From the NCBI RefSeq assembly GCF_000253055.1, contig NC_016070.1, forward strand, positions 1,710,001-1,742,000: a stretch of DNA of 32,000 nt, written 5' to 3'. This document shows, piece after piece, positions 9,153 to 18,398 of this stretch (the first letter of the stretch is position 1; every line of letters starts with the position of its first letter). Origin of the DNA: Thermoproteus tenax Kra 1. Lineage in GTDB: Archaea; Thermoproteota; Thermoprotei; Thermoproteales; Thermoproteaceae. The position numbers were made by a program, and so were the translations under genes. The notes beneath the pieces were generated by a model. The model saw only the letters and a program-made list of their open reading frames with translations. It was not told the DNA's origin and searched no databases.

Positions 9153-9170
9153 ATTTAAGCATTTAGTTAA
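9153..9170 (-). promoter_or_regulatory. Candidate pur-regulon operator, site C (reads ATTAACTAAATGCTTAAA on the minus strand)
   Basis: Plus strand TTTAAGCATTTAGTTAAT in the divergent purE/purL intergenic region. Matches sites A and B. Confidence 0.5.
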
Positions 9171-9231
9171 TATAGTTGCGGAAATAAGCCCGGCATCATC
9201 CATAAAATTTTAAATAGATATTGGAAATACC

Positions 9232-11334
9232 ATGGGCCTTAGGGACGACGAGTGGCAGCTCATAAGACTAAAGCTGGGGAGAGAGCCCACTAAAGCCGAG
9301 AGAGCCATATTCGAGTCTCACTGGTCTGAGCACTGCTCATACAAGTCTACTCGTTCTTGGCTCAAGCTCCTTCCGACGAAGGCGCCCTGGGTTCTGAGGG
9401 GCCCCGGCCTAGACGCCCCTCTGATAAAAATAACCGACCGCCTCCTTGTCACTTTCAAGATAGAGTCGCACAATCACCCGAGCGCGATAGATCCGTACAA
9501 CGGCGCAGCAACAGGTGTTGGCGGCATAATTAGAGATATACTTACCGTTAGGGCGAAGCCGGTCGCTCTTTTAGTGAACCTACACTTCGGACCCCTTGAC
9601 GATCAACATGCCAGGTGGATCGCGCGAAATGTGGTGAGAGGCATATCCGACTACGGGAACAGAGTCGGAGTGCCGGTAGTTGGCGGCGATACGATCTTCG
9701 ATCAATCGTTCACAAGAAACCCGATAGTCCTCGCCACCTGCGTGGGGGTCGTGGAGGAAGAAGCTGTGCCTAAGGGCGACATAGCGCCGGGCGACTTCCT
9801 CTTAGTGGCCGGCTCCTATACAGACCGTAGCGGGCTTGGAGGGTCGGCGTTTGCGAGCAAGGGCTTGAGCGGCGAGTCGGAGGAGGATCTAGGCGCGGTC
9901 CAGGTGGCAGATCCTCTGATGGGCAAGCTCATCATAGACTTAGTGCAGGAGGCGAGGGGTTGCGTCAAGTACATAAAGGACTTAGGAGGGGGAGGGCTGG
10001 CCACCGCCGCCGTGGAGTTGGCCGAACAGACGGGCCTCGGTCTAGAGTTGGACCTAGACAACGTGCACCTCGCCGATCCCACTATGGAGCCGGCTGAAAT
10101 ACTGGCGTCAGAGACGCAGGAGCGTATGGTGTTTGTAGTAGACGCGAAAGGCCTCGAGTGTCTCAAGAGGCTGGCCGATAAGCTCGATGTACCTATATCC
10201 GTCGTTGGACGCTTCACTGAAGCGCCCGGCGTAATGGTCAGGTGGAAGGGTCAGAAGGTGGCCGAGATACCGCCAGAGCTCTACAGAGCGCCCGACGTGA
10301 GGTGGCCCATGCGTGAGAACAAGAGGAGCGGGACTCTCGAAATCCCCTTTGTGCCCATTGAGAAGACAGCAGAGCTCGTCCTCTCCTCGCCCAATGTGGC
10401 AGACAAGGCCATAATCTATACTCAGTTTGACTCGACCGTCGGCGTTAGGACAGTGTTTAGACCAGGCGAGGCAGATGCCGCTGTAGTGAAACTGTTTGAG
10501 GAGGGCAACATAGGCGTGGCCATCAAGGGCGAGAGCAACCCGAGGTACTCATATCTCGACCCCTATCTAGGTGCAATCAATTCTTTCGTCAAAGCCTATA
10601 GGAACGTGGCCTCCGTTGGCGCAAAGCCATTGGCCGCCGTCGATTCGATAAACGTCGGCAATCCCGAGAAGCCGGATAGATATTGGCAGTTTGTTGAATC
10701 GGTAAGAGGAGTGGCCGATGCGGCGAGAAGCTTGGGAGTGCCAGTCGTAGGAGGGAAGGTGAGCCTATATAACGAGGACGAAGAAGGAAACCCTATAAGG
10801 CCTGTGGTCGCCGTAGTTATATTGGGCAAGCTAGACGACATCGCTCACGCCAGGAGGGCTATATGGCACGACGGAGACGTCGTAAGGATCCTCGGTACAA
10901 CGAGGCCAGAGTTGGGCGGCTCCGAGTACCTGTGGAGGGTATTCGGCGTTGTTGAGGGCGAACCGCCGATCGTGGACTTTAGACAAGAGCTACAGTTGGC
11001 GGAATTGCTCCCCTCCCTGGCCCCCAAGGTCCATGGCATCCACGACGTGGGGCTCGGCGGCGTGTTAGTCGCGCTTGCCAAAATGGCTAGAGCCAGCGGT
11101 GTGGGCGCCGAGATAGACCTATGCAAGATCCCCGCGACGGACGCCAGACTGGACTATCTGGCCTACAGTGAATCCAACGGGAGAGTCCTCATAGCGGCCG
11201 AAGAGGATGCGGACGTGCCCGGCGTGCCTTTAGGCAGAGTCTGGGGGGACAAGCTGGTGGTGAAATGCGGGGAGAACGTGCTATTCGCAATAAAGCTCGA
11301 GAGGCTGAGCGAGCTCATGTCGCTCAAACTATGA
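9232..11334 (+). CDS. purL: Phosphoribosylformylglycinamidine synthase subunit PurL
   Basis: [86 protein letters not shown]. Confidence 0.96.
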   Translation: MGLRDDEWQLIRLKLGREPTKAERAIFESHWSEHCSYKSTRSWLKLLPTKAPWVLRGPGLDAPLIKITDRLLVTFKIESHNHPSAIDPYNGAATGVGGIIRDILTVRAKPVALLVNLHFGPLDDQHARWIARNVVRGISDYGNRVGVPVVGGDTIFDQSFTRNPIVLATCVGVVEEEAVPKGDIAPGDFLLVAGSYTDRSGLGGSAFASKGLSGESEEDLGAVQVADPLMGKLIIDLVQEARGCVKYIKDLGGGGLATAAVELAEQTGLGLELDLDNVHLADPTMEPAEILASETQERMVFVVDAKGLECLKRLADKLDVPISVVGRFTEAPGVMVRWKGQKVAEIPPELYRAPDVRWPMRENKRSGTLEIPFVPIEKTAELVLSSPNVADKAIIYTQFDSTVGVRTVFRPGEADAAVVKLFEEGNIGVAIKGESNPRYSYLDPYLGAINSFVKAYRNVASVGAKPLAAVDSINVGNPEKPDRYWQFVESVRGVADAARSLGVPVVGGKVSLYNEDEEGNPIRPVVAVVILGKLDDIAHARRAIWHDGDVVRILGTTRPELGGSEYLWRVFGVVEGEPPIVDFRQELQLAELLPSLAPKVHGIHDVGLGGVLVALAKMARASGVGAEIDLCKIPATDARLDYLAYSESNGRVLIAAEEDADVPGVPLGRVWGDKLVVKCGENVLFAIKLERLSELMSLKL

Positions 11335-11336
11335 CC

Positions 11337-11640
11337 TCCTCCCCGCCTTAGGCGGGGTTTCCGCCGTTGGGGCCTCGCCCGCTGCCCCTCCTCGGGGTTA
11401 ATCCGTTCGACGTCGGACAGTACGCCTCTATCCTCTCCTGCGCCGCCGTAGGGAGGAGCTCCAGGCGGACAGCCCGGGCGGAGGGCACTGCGGCGTCCCC
11501 CCGCCGGGGCCGTCTTGCGCTTGGGTTCGCCCCCGCGCGGCGCCCTTGCCCCTCCCTCTCTGCGTCTTCACCAGCTCTGCCATGAAAAAGCAGATTAAAT
11601 CCACCCACCTAGGGGGCGGGGCTTTCTGTTGTAAGCTTTT
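11337..11640 (-). mobile_element. Possible remnant or non-autonomous IS200/IS605-type (TnpB-associated) element
   Basis: Minus strand starts TTACAACAGAAAGCCCCGCCCCCTAGG and ends GGCGGAAACCCCGCCTAAGGCGGGGAGGAGGTCA, resembling archaeal TnpB-element ends. Perfect 7-bp hairpin CCCCGCC-TTA-GGCGGGG at 11341-11357. GC-rich interior with no convincing ORF. Confidence 0.4.
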
Positions 11641-11675
11641 TATATTAAGCGGATCAAGGGACATGCCAGGGGAAT

Positions 11676-12416
11676 GTGCTTGAGGGAGAAGGCCTCAGCT
11701 TTGGCTACGGCAACTTTAGAGTATTTGAAGACGTAAATCTATCTATCGGCGAGAGGGAGATCGCTGCGATCGTAGGCCCTTCCGGGATAGGCAAGTCCAC
11801 TCTGCTCAGAATTCTCGGCGGCTTTCTCAAGCCTAATTCTGGCGTAGTCAGGCTCTTAGGGGAACCTGTCGTCAGACCGACGCCTAAGATAATGCTAGTG
11901 CATCAGTCTATTGTGACGTTCCCTTGGATGACGGCGTTGGAGAACGTGATGTTGGGGCTCCAACATTTGAGGCTCGATAGAGAGGAGGCGGAGAGGGAGG
12001 CTAAGAGGATGTTGGAGTTGGTCGGGCTCAAGGGCTTTGAGAACTTTTATCCGAAGGAGCTGTCGGGCGGAATGAGACAGAGAGTGGCTATAGCCAGGGC
12101 GCTGGCGGCGAGACCATTGGTGTTGCTCATGGACGAGCCCTTCAGCCACTTGGACGAGCTAACGGCGGAGAACCTACGCCACGAGATATACAGTATACTC
12201 TTCGGCGGGGAGACCTCTCTGAAGAGCGTAGTGCTCGTCTCACATAACTTGTACGAGGTGGTGGAGCTGTCCGATGTTGTCTACGTCCTAAATGGGCGTC
12301 CGGCGCACGTAGTGGACATAGTCAGGATAGATCTCCCCAGGCCCCGGAACCCTAAGGAGCCGGAGTTCACTAAGTACGTCGACGCACTCTATGCGGCGCT
12401 TACTGCCAAACTATGA
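11676..12416 (+). CDS. ABC transporter ATP-binding protein, NitT/TauT (SsuB/TauB-like) family
   Basis: Walker A GPSGIGKST, signature LSGGMRQR, Walker B LVLLMDEPFSHLD, H-loop VLVSHN. GTG start. Confidence 0.9.
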   Translation: MLEGEGLSFGYGNFRVFEDVNLSIGEREIAAIVGPSGIGKSTLLRILGGFLKPNSGVVRLLGEPVVRPTPKIMLVHQSIVTFPWMTALENVMLGLQHLRLDREEAEREAKRMLELVGLKGFENFYPKELSGGMRQRVAIARALAARPLVLLMDEPFSHLDELTAENLRHEIYSILFGGETSLKSVVLVSHNLYEVVELSDVVYVLNGRPAHVVDIVRIDLPRPRNPKEPEFTKYVDALYAALTAKL

Positions 12417-14032
12417 ACGTCTATCTGACTTTAGTCCTGGCCACTCTGGCAACTACGGCTAGAGTTTTCGCATTAATTGGAGCCTCTATAGTCACAGGTT
12501 GGCTGCTTGGCTATCTAGCCATTAAGAGTAGAGTGTTCGAGAACCTCTACACCTCCTTGATTGGAGTATTCGAGTCTGTGCCCGTCTTCAGCTTCTTTCC
12601 GGTCGTTCTAGTTCTATTTGTCAGCGGCATAGGAGGCTATCTCGGAGTGGAGCTGGCGGCCGACTTCCTAGTTTTCACAGCAGTAGTCTGGAACATCTGG
12701 ATCGGCATCTACCAAGCCTTTAAGACAGTCCCGCGAGAGATGTTGGAGGTGGCAGAGAACCTCAGATTCGGCTTCTTAAAGAAAATGAGGTATCTATATA
12801 TCCCCTACTCTATACCGAGGATAGCGGCAAATCTTCTCCCGAGCTTTGCCGATGCTTACTTCTACATAACAGTAAGCGAGGTCTTCTCGGTGGGGTCGTC
12901 CACATATCAAGTGTTCGGGATAGGCTCCGCCATAGCCCAGCTTGCGGCCAGTGGCGCCCCTCTGAGTCTCTACCTCCTAGCATTGGCCATACTGTCCATT
13001 GCTGTGAGCCTCTCCGTTTATGCGATCAGAGAGTTCGCCGACTACGCCGCGGCCAAATACGCAGTTGATACGTCTGTGCCTATAAGAAGGAGGAGGTTCA
13101 TACCGCCCCGGGCCGCAGGTGCCTTCGGTGGATCTCTCGCCCGCATAGCCAGAAACATAGCGACGACTTATAGGCAGATGGCCCGACAGAGGAGGCCCCC
13201 GCCCGAGAGGGAGAGGAACTACGACAAGCTTCTGAGACCTATCGGCATCGTAGTGGGCGTAGTGCTCCTATCCCTGATACTTTATGGCGCAATCGAGGTA
13301 ATAAAGTCAACGCCTTGGCGGACTTGGGAGAGCCTCTTTGCGAGGACCCCATCGGTAATTCCGGCCATCTTGGCTGATTATGCGAGGGTGTTCATCATCG
13401 CCTTGCTCTCTACGGCTCTAGCCGTCACACTCGGCTACTATCTCGTAACTCACCCGAGCATAGAGCGCGTTATGGTGCCCGTGATACAAACGTTCGCCGC
13501 CTATCCCGCCCCTGTGTATTTCCCCATCATCTTCGCCGCTACGTACGCCGCGCTGTACGGGGCGTTGGGCTACTACGCCAACGAGGTCTACGTCATCGCG
13601 CTCGGCTTTATCTCCACGTTCTACTACGTCTTCTATAGCTTTTGGATGGGCCTAAAGGCCGTTCCTCACGAGGTGTGGGAACTTATGGAGAACTTGGACA
13701 TGCCCTATACTAAAAAAATGGCCAAGATACTTCTGCCGGGCACATTGCCCTACCTTATCTCTGGACTATCTTCCACTATAAACAGCGCGTGGGGTGGTCT
13801 CGCTATAGGGGAGTACTGGCCTGACATAATCAGAGGCGAGACGCTTCAGGTTAAGACAGGGCTTATGAAGCTGATCACATACTCGACGGCCCAAGGCGAC
13901 GTGGCCCTCGCCGCATGGGCCTCCCTCTTGTTCGCTGTGATCGTAGTCTTATTCTCTATCTTCTTCACGAGGAGAATGATGGATTTGGCTATGAAGAAGT
14001 ATATAATGGAGGAGGCCGTATTTGCCGCATAG
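12413..14032 (+). CDS. ABC transporter permease with two tandem permease (BPD_transp_1-like) modules
   Basis: 539 aa, highly hydrophobic. EAA-like motifs occur twice (FKTVPREMLEVAENLRFGFLKKMRYLYIPYSIP and LKAVPHEVWELMENLDMPYTKKMAKILLPGTLP). Overlaps the ATPase stop by 4 bp. Confidence 0.87.
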   Translation: MNVYLTLVLATLATTARVFALIGASIVTGWLLGYLAIKSRVFENLYTSLIGVFESVPVFSFFPVVLVLFVSGIGGYLGVELAADFLVFTAVVWNIWIGIYQAFKTVPREMLEVAENLRFGFLKKMRYLYIPYSIPRIAANLLPSFADAYFYITVSEVFSVGSSTYQVFGIGSAIAQLAASGAPLSLYLLALAILSIAVSLSVYAIREFADYAAAKYAVDTSVPIRRRRFIPPRAAGAFGGSLARIARNIATTYRQMARQRRPPPERERNYDKLLRPIGIVVGVVLLSLILYGAIEVIKSTPWRTWESLFARTPSVIPAILADYARVFIIALLSTALAVTLGYYLVTHPSIERVMVPVIQTFAAYPAPVYFPIIFAATYAALYGALGYYANEVYVIALGFISTFYYVFYSFWMGLKAVPHEVWELMENLDMPYTKKMAKILLPGTLPYLISGLSSTINSAWGGLAIGEYWPDIIRGETLQVKTGLMKLITYSTAQGDVALAAWASLLFAVIVVLFSIFFTRRMMDLAMKKYIMEEAVFAA

Positions 14033-14087
14033 TACACTGAAACTTTCTGCCAACTGTACTATAAAAATTCGTCGGATAAAATGACCA

Positions 14088-15065
14088 GTGAAGATAATTT
14101 TGGGAACGCCGGTGAGGACAGAGCCCAAGCCCTGGCTCTATTTCGAGGTAGAGTCTATAATGGTCAACGCCATGGAGGCCGACGAGAGGGCGAGGGCCAT
14201 CACCGGATTCGAGGGAGAGCTGTGGGTCGACTCGGGCGGCTACCAGGTACTCAAAAGAGGCCTCGAGGTATCGCCCTACGCCTTGGCGGAGAGATACAGA
14301 AGAATTGGTTGCGATGTTTGTCTCTCCCTCGACGTACCGCCGGCACCATCGGACGACCCCGCGACGGCCCAACGCAAGTTTGAAACGTCCTATAGGAACT
14401 GGAGGATCCTCAGATCGGAGCTCCCGGAGGCCCGCATAATGCCCGTGATACACGTGTATCCCGACGAGCGCCTCTTCGCGCGTTGGCTCAGCGCCTACGA
14501 AGATGCCGAGGAGCTCGCCATAGGGGGCGCGGTGCCCTACGTGTTGATAGCCAGAGGAGCTCCGTCGAACTCAAGGGAGCTCGCCATGAGGCTGTTCGCG
14601 ATGGCGAGGGAAAGGTTCGGAGGAAGACTGCATCTATTAGGTATGGGGAGCCCCTCCGTCTCTGCCACGCTGGAGATATTGGGGATAGACAGCGCCGACA
14701 GCGCCACGTGGAGACTGAAAGCTGCGTACGGGAAAGTAGTACTGCCTGGCGGAGGCGAGAGACACGTAACCAGCAGAGACGTTAATTTCGGCAGACGTAA
14801 GGCGAGGGAGGAGGAGCTGGAGGAGCTCTACGCCTATTTGAGATCCTCGGGCTTCCCGCTCCTGGACGGCTACGACGACTTCAAGTCGCGTTTGAGGGCC
14901 AGCTTCGAATACAGAGCGTTGGTCAACGCCTGGGTTATCTTGAGGAGCAGATCTCCTCCTCGCTCGGCTGTGTTCAAGAAGCTTTATTTGTGGGCCTTGG
15001 AATGGGCCCATGGCCCTAAGGCTCGCGAAGAGGCCGAGCAGAGTCAAGCTCAGAGGAAGGGCTGA
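14088..15065 (+). CDS. TGT-superfamily (tRNA-guanine transglycosylase-like) protein, short form
   Basis: LWVDSGGYQVL, CDVCLSLDVPPAPSD, ELAIGGAVPYVL, LHLLGMGSPSVSATLEILGIDSADSATW resemble arcTGT motifs. No CxCxxC...H zinc motif and no obvious PUA domain. TATA-like CTATAAAAAT near 14060. Confidence 0.75.
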   Translation: MKIILGTPVRTEPKPWLYFEVESIMVNAMEADERARAITGFEGELWVDSGGYQVLKRGLEVSPYALAERYRRIGCDVCLSLDVPPAPSDDPATAQRKFETSYRNWRILRSELPEARIMPVIHVYPDERLFARWLSAYEDAEELAIGGAVPYVLIARGAPSNSRELAMRLFAMARERFGGRLHLLGMGSPSVSATLEILGIDSADSATWRLKAAYGKVVLPGGGERHVTSRDVNFGRRKAREEELEELYAYLRSSGFPLLDGYDDFKSRLRASFEYRALVNAWVILRSRSPPRSAVFKKLYLWALEWAHGPKAREEAEQSQAQRKG

Positions 15066-15342
15066 GGCCATCTGTCCTATCTCCAAGAGCGTAGATCAGT
15101 ACGAGGTCGAGGTTGAGTATATACCGAGAGAGTCGGCGCTTCTCATAGAGAAGTTCCAAGAGATCTTGCAGAGCTATAGAGGAGTCGAGATACTACACGA
15201 GGAGCTAGCCGTGGATATAGCGGAGAAGATAAAGTCAATAATATCTCCCTCGTATATTAAGGTCGTCGTTAAGTCCAACTATAGGGGGATATACATTGAG
15301 GCAATCTACGAGGTAGGCGGACAGCCGGCCATCTACATCTAA
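15010..15342 (+). CDS. QueF-like protein, probable archaeosine amidinotransferase-type enzyme
   Basis: LRGRAEAICPISKSVDQYEVEVEYIPRESALLIEKFQEIL...GVEILHEELAVDIAEKIK matches the QueF-like family described from Pyrobaculum (active-site Cys in ICP). Overlaps the TGT-like gene by 56 bp. Confidence 0.85.
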   Translation: MALRLAKRPSRVKLRGRAEAICPISKSVDQYEVEVEYIPRESALLIEKFQEILQSYRGVEILHEELAVDIAEKIKSIISPSYIKVVVKSNYRGIYIEAIYEVGGQPAIYI

Positions 15343-15372
15343 GAATTTTTATGGCACCTTCAGTTAGGGCCG

Positions 15373-16251
15373 ATGATCGTGGTGGAGGAGCTTGAGAGAA
15401 AGTTCGGCCAAGTTGAGGCGCTAAGAGGCGTCAGCTTCTCGGCCGGCTCGGGCAAGGTAGTATCGGTGTTGGGCCCCAACGGCGCCGGCAAGACGACCCT
15501 CGTGAGGATCTTGATAACCGAACTGATGCCCACTAGAGGGAGGGCGTTGGTGGCAGGCCACGATGTAGTGAAGGAGGCCGAGGCAGTAAGGAGGAAGATC
15601 GCGGCGGTTCCACAGGAGGGCTCCCCTATAGGCTTTCTAACGCCCATTGAGTTCGTCTACGCCTACTTGCTCCTCAGAGGATATCCGAGGCGGGAGGCGC
15701 GACGAAGGGCAATTGAGGCTATCCGAGAGCTGGGGCTTTCTGAGGTGAAGGACAGAGAGATCCAGTTCTTATCGGGGGGCACCAAGAGGCGCGTCCTGCT
15801 CGCCTCAGTTCTGGCGGCCGACGTAGAGGTGGTGTTCTTAGACGAGCCGACGACGGGCTTAGACGTGATCTCGAGAAGGGTTGTGTGGAACGCGGTTAGC
15901 GCTTTAAGGAGGAGGGGCACCACCGTGTTGCTCACCACTCACTACGTGGAAGAGGCACAAGTTCTCAGCGACCATGTTGTGCTGCTAAATAGAGGGAAGG
16001 TGGTAGACCAAGGCCCTCCCGAGTCTTTGATCGAGAAGGTACCGGGCAAATTTGTGGTAGAGGCATACGCGCCCAGAGAGCTTCCCAACAAGCCCCATAT
16101 GACTATCGGCGATAGGGCGATCTTCTTTTTGGACAAGCCACAAGAGCTCGCCGAGGAGTTGGTCAAGAGCGGGGCCAAGGTGAGCATAAGGGCCAAGTCG
16201 CTTGAGGACTACGTGTTGTTAAAGATAGGGGCGATCCAGGAAGAGACATGA
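15373..16251 (+). CDS. ABC exporter ATP-binding protein (DrrA/CcmA-like)
   Basis: GPNGAGKTTL, FLSGGTKRRVLLASVL, VVFLDEPTTGLD, LLTTHYVEEAQ. Confidence 0.92.
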   Translation: MIVVEELERKFGQVEALRGVSFSAGSGKVVSVLGPNGAGKTTLVRILITELMPTRGRALVAGHDVVKEAEAVRRKIAAVPQEGSPIGFLTPIEFVYAYLLLRGYPRREARRRAIEAIRELGLSEVKDREIQFLSGGTKRRVLLASVLAADVEVVFLDEPTTGLDVISRRVVWNAVSALRRRGTTVLLTTHYVEEAQVLSDHVVLLNRGKVVDQGPPESLIEKVPGKFVVEAYAPRELPNKPHMTIGDRAIFFLDKPQELAEELVKSGAKVSIRAKSLEDYVLLKIGAIQEET

Positions 16252-16982
16252 AGAAGTTACTTAGAGACATACTAGTCATAGGGTGGCTGAACGGCTGGGT
16301 CCCTCTGTTGAGGGGATGGGTGTGGCTCCTTGCAAATGTCATAACGCCGATCACTTTCTTAATCATCCTGTGGATCTACGGCGGCGAGACAGGCCTCAAG
16401 TGGGGCCTCCTCGGAGGCTTGATATGGACAGTGGCCTCCAACGGGATATCCCTCATCGGCGATGCCACTTTCTATAGAATAGAGATAAAGTTCCAACAAA
16501 TGTTAGTAGCGGCGCCGGTAAGCCCCGTGGCCTACGCCTTGGGCCTCGCGCTGAGCTCGTTCATTTTCGCCGCACCTGCTGTTGCGTTCTTCACAGGCTT
16601 TCTGGCGCTCTTGGGGGGCCTCACGCCGGCGGCGCTCGGGATATCGGCGGTTGTCCTGGCGTTGTTGTGGATCTCGACAGCGGGCTTGGGCTTCGTTGCA
16701 TCGACCTTCATAAACCAGATGAGATACGCGTGGGCGGTGCCCGGCATAATGTCCGCTGTTTTGTCGTCGTTGGCGCCAGTGTACTGGCCTGCCTCAATTC
16801 TCCCAGTAGAGTATCTCGGCTCACTCCTCCCCACAGGTGCTGCGGGGATATTGTGCCAGAGCGCCCTCGGTCTCGCCGAGTACCCCCCTAGCTTGTTGGC
16901 ATCGGCGTGGATCTCACTTTTTGCGTACTCAATAGTCTCGTTGTTGTTAACGGCTAAGGTGGCAAGGTGGAGAGAGCGTTGA
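16248..16982 (+). CDS. ABC-2 type transporter permease
   Basis: 244 aa with about 6 hydrophobic segments. Overlaps the ATPase by 4 bp; ABC-2-like TFINQMRYAWAVPGIMSAVLSSLAPVYWP. Confidence 0.85.
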   Translation: MKKLLRDILVIGWLNGWVPLLRGWVWLLANVITPITFLIILWIYGGETGLKWGLLGGLIWTVASNGISLIGDATFYRIEIKFQQMLVAAPVSPVAYALGLALSSFIFAAPAVAFFTGFLALLGGLTPAALGISAVVLALLWISTAGLGFVASTFINQMRYAWAVPGIMSAVLSSLAPVYWPASILPVEYLGSLLPTGAAGILCQSALGLAEYPPSLLASAWISLFAYSIVSLLLTAKVARWRER

Positions 16983-17024
16983 GGCCGACGGCAATACTTT
17001 AAAATTACACCGTGGCGCCCTTAT

Positions 17025-17444
17025 ATGAAGTACAGGCTTATGGACGTATTGGCGTGTCCCTACGACAAGACCTTCCCTCTAAAGCTCATAGTCATCAAGA
17101 GGACGGAACACCCCGAGAGGCAGTATACCTGGCCCCGCAAGCCGTTCTGCGAGGAGTACTGTTCCTATCGCGACCTCAAGATAAAGGAACATCCCAAGCC
17201 CGAGACGTTGCCGTGCGAGGAGTGCCACAGATGGGAGATAGAGACCGGAGTAATGTACTGCCCGGCCTGCGGGAGATGGTATCCAATCATTGAGGAGATA
17301 CCCAGGATGTTGCCGGATGAGCTCAGGAACGAGAAGGAGGAGGTTGAGTTCCTGAAGTCCATCAAGGCTGAGCTTGAGAAGGTCGCCCCAGATCTCGCCA
17401 AGAAGATACTCTACGAGGGGAAGCCCTTCCGCCTTAAAGAGTAG
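17025..17444 (+). CDS. Trm112-like protein
   Basis: MKYRLMDVLACPYDKTFPLKL ... LPCEECHRWEIETGVMYCPACGRWYPIIEEIPRMLPDELR. TATA-like CTTTAAAATT upstream. Confidence 0.8.
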   Translation: MKYRLMDVLACPYDKTFPLKLIVIKRTEHPERQYTWPRKPFCEEYCSYRDLKIKEHPKPETLPCEECHRWEIETGVMYCPACGRWYPIIEEIPRMLPDELRNEKEEVEFLKSIKAELEKVAPDLAKKILYEGKPFRLKE

Positions 17445-18367
17445 TTGAGCTCGTTGAGAAGCGTTTTGAACAAGTCTTTTGGCAAGCGGGCGCCTGCCGC
17501 GCTCGGATGGCCTCCGGCAGGGACCCTATATCGCCGCGAGAAATCTCTGAGGAACTCGTTTAAGTCGAAGCCTGAGGAGCGGAGGCTCAATACGTATATA
17601 TCCTTCCTGGTCTCCAAAGCTATTCCGACAGGCACCTTGGCCGTGCCCTTCGCCAATGTTGCCGCGAGCCCCAACGGGCCTGGCGGATCTATCACATATG
17701 CCACGAGTCCCTCGCGTACGATATTGTTGGGTACCCACTGGGCTAGTCTCTCGTTCTGTCTACTCTGCTCTATGGCTCTAGCCAGGAGCTCTTCGTGGGA
17801 GGACGGAGGCTTGTTCTCAGAAAGATGTCTCACGATATCTCTCTTCAGATCGTGGAGCCGCCTGGCCCCCTCGAGGCCCTGAGAGAGGACGCCTGCCTCG
17901 AAGTATATAACGCGCTTATCCCAACGGCCTAGCGCCTCCTCGACCCAGTCGGTGTTATCAAGGTAATCGCCGATGGCTCCGTAGAGGGCCACGCGGTCGT
18001 ATGTCTCAGGCAGGAGGCCCTCGACATATCTAAAGGCTAGCTCCGAAGCGGCGGCGCCCAGTTTATGGAAAATCTCGACGTTCGGAGGAGGAGAAAAGCT
18101 CGATGGAGGCGGGTGGTGGTCGATGTAGACGATGCGTCCGCGGTACTCCTCGAAGGCCCTCAGTATCTCAGGCGCCGCCCACTCGTCTATAGCGACGTCT
18201 ACTATATACACATCGCCCTTGGCGTACTCCTTAAAGTCGCCGAGAAGGCCGGCCGGATGCGTGAAGTACACATCTATCTGGTCGTAGATGCCGGAATAGG
18301 CAGCCTTGAGCAGAGCTGCTGAACATACGCCGTCGGAGTCCCCGTGGGCTAATATAGTCATCCGCAT
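17411..18367 (-). CDS. DHH-family phosphoesterase
   Basis: MTILAHGDSDGVCSAALL, VYIVDVAID, IVYIDHHPPP, LYGAIGDYLDNT, PAGGHPSAAGARLP. The ORF call to 18601 runs through tRNA genes; ATG at 18367 (or 18361) preferred. Confidence 0.87.
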   Translation of the reverse strand: MRMTILAHGDSDGVCSAALLKAAYSGIYDQIDVYFTHPAGLLGDFKEYAKGDVYIVDVAIDEWAAPEILRAFEEYRGRIVYIDHHPPPSSFSPPPNVEIFHKLGAAASELAFRYVEGLLPETYDRVALYGAIGDYLDNTDWVEEALGRWDKRVIYFEAGVLSQGLEGARRLHDLKRDIVRHLSENKPPSSHEELLARAIEQSRQNERLAQWVPNNIVREGLVAYVIDPPGPLGLAATLAKGTAKVPVGIALETRKDIYVLSLRSSGFDLNEFLRDFSRRYRVPAGGHPSAAGARLPKDLFKTLLNELNYSLRRKGFPS

Positions 18368-18398
18368 ACAGCCGACTAGTTCTCCGCTTAATAAGCTA

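Noticed and set aside
11348-11664. ORFs in the GC-rich block as genuine genes
   Set aside because: Low-complexity Arg/Gly/Pro composition typical of GC-rich non-coding DNA. Three overlapping frames are open simultaneously.
15373-16982. ABC exporter as part of the deazaguanine module
   Set aside because: Generic DrrA/ABC-2 pair immediately downstream. There is no sequence evidence linking its substrate to the TGT-like/QueF-like pair, and adjacency alone is insufficient.
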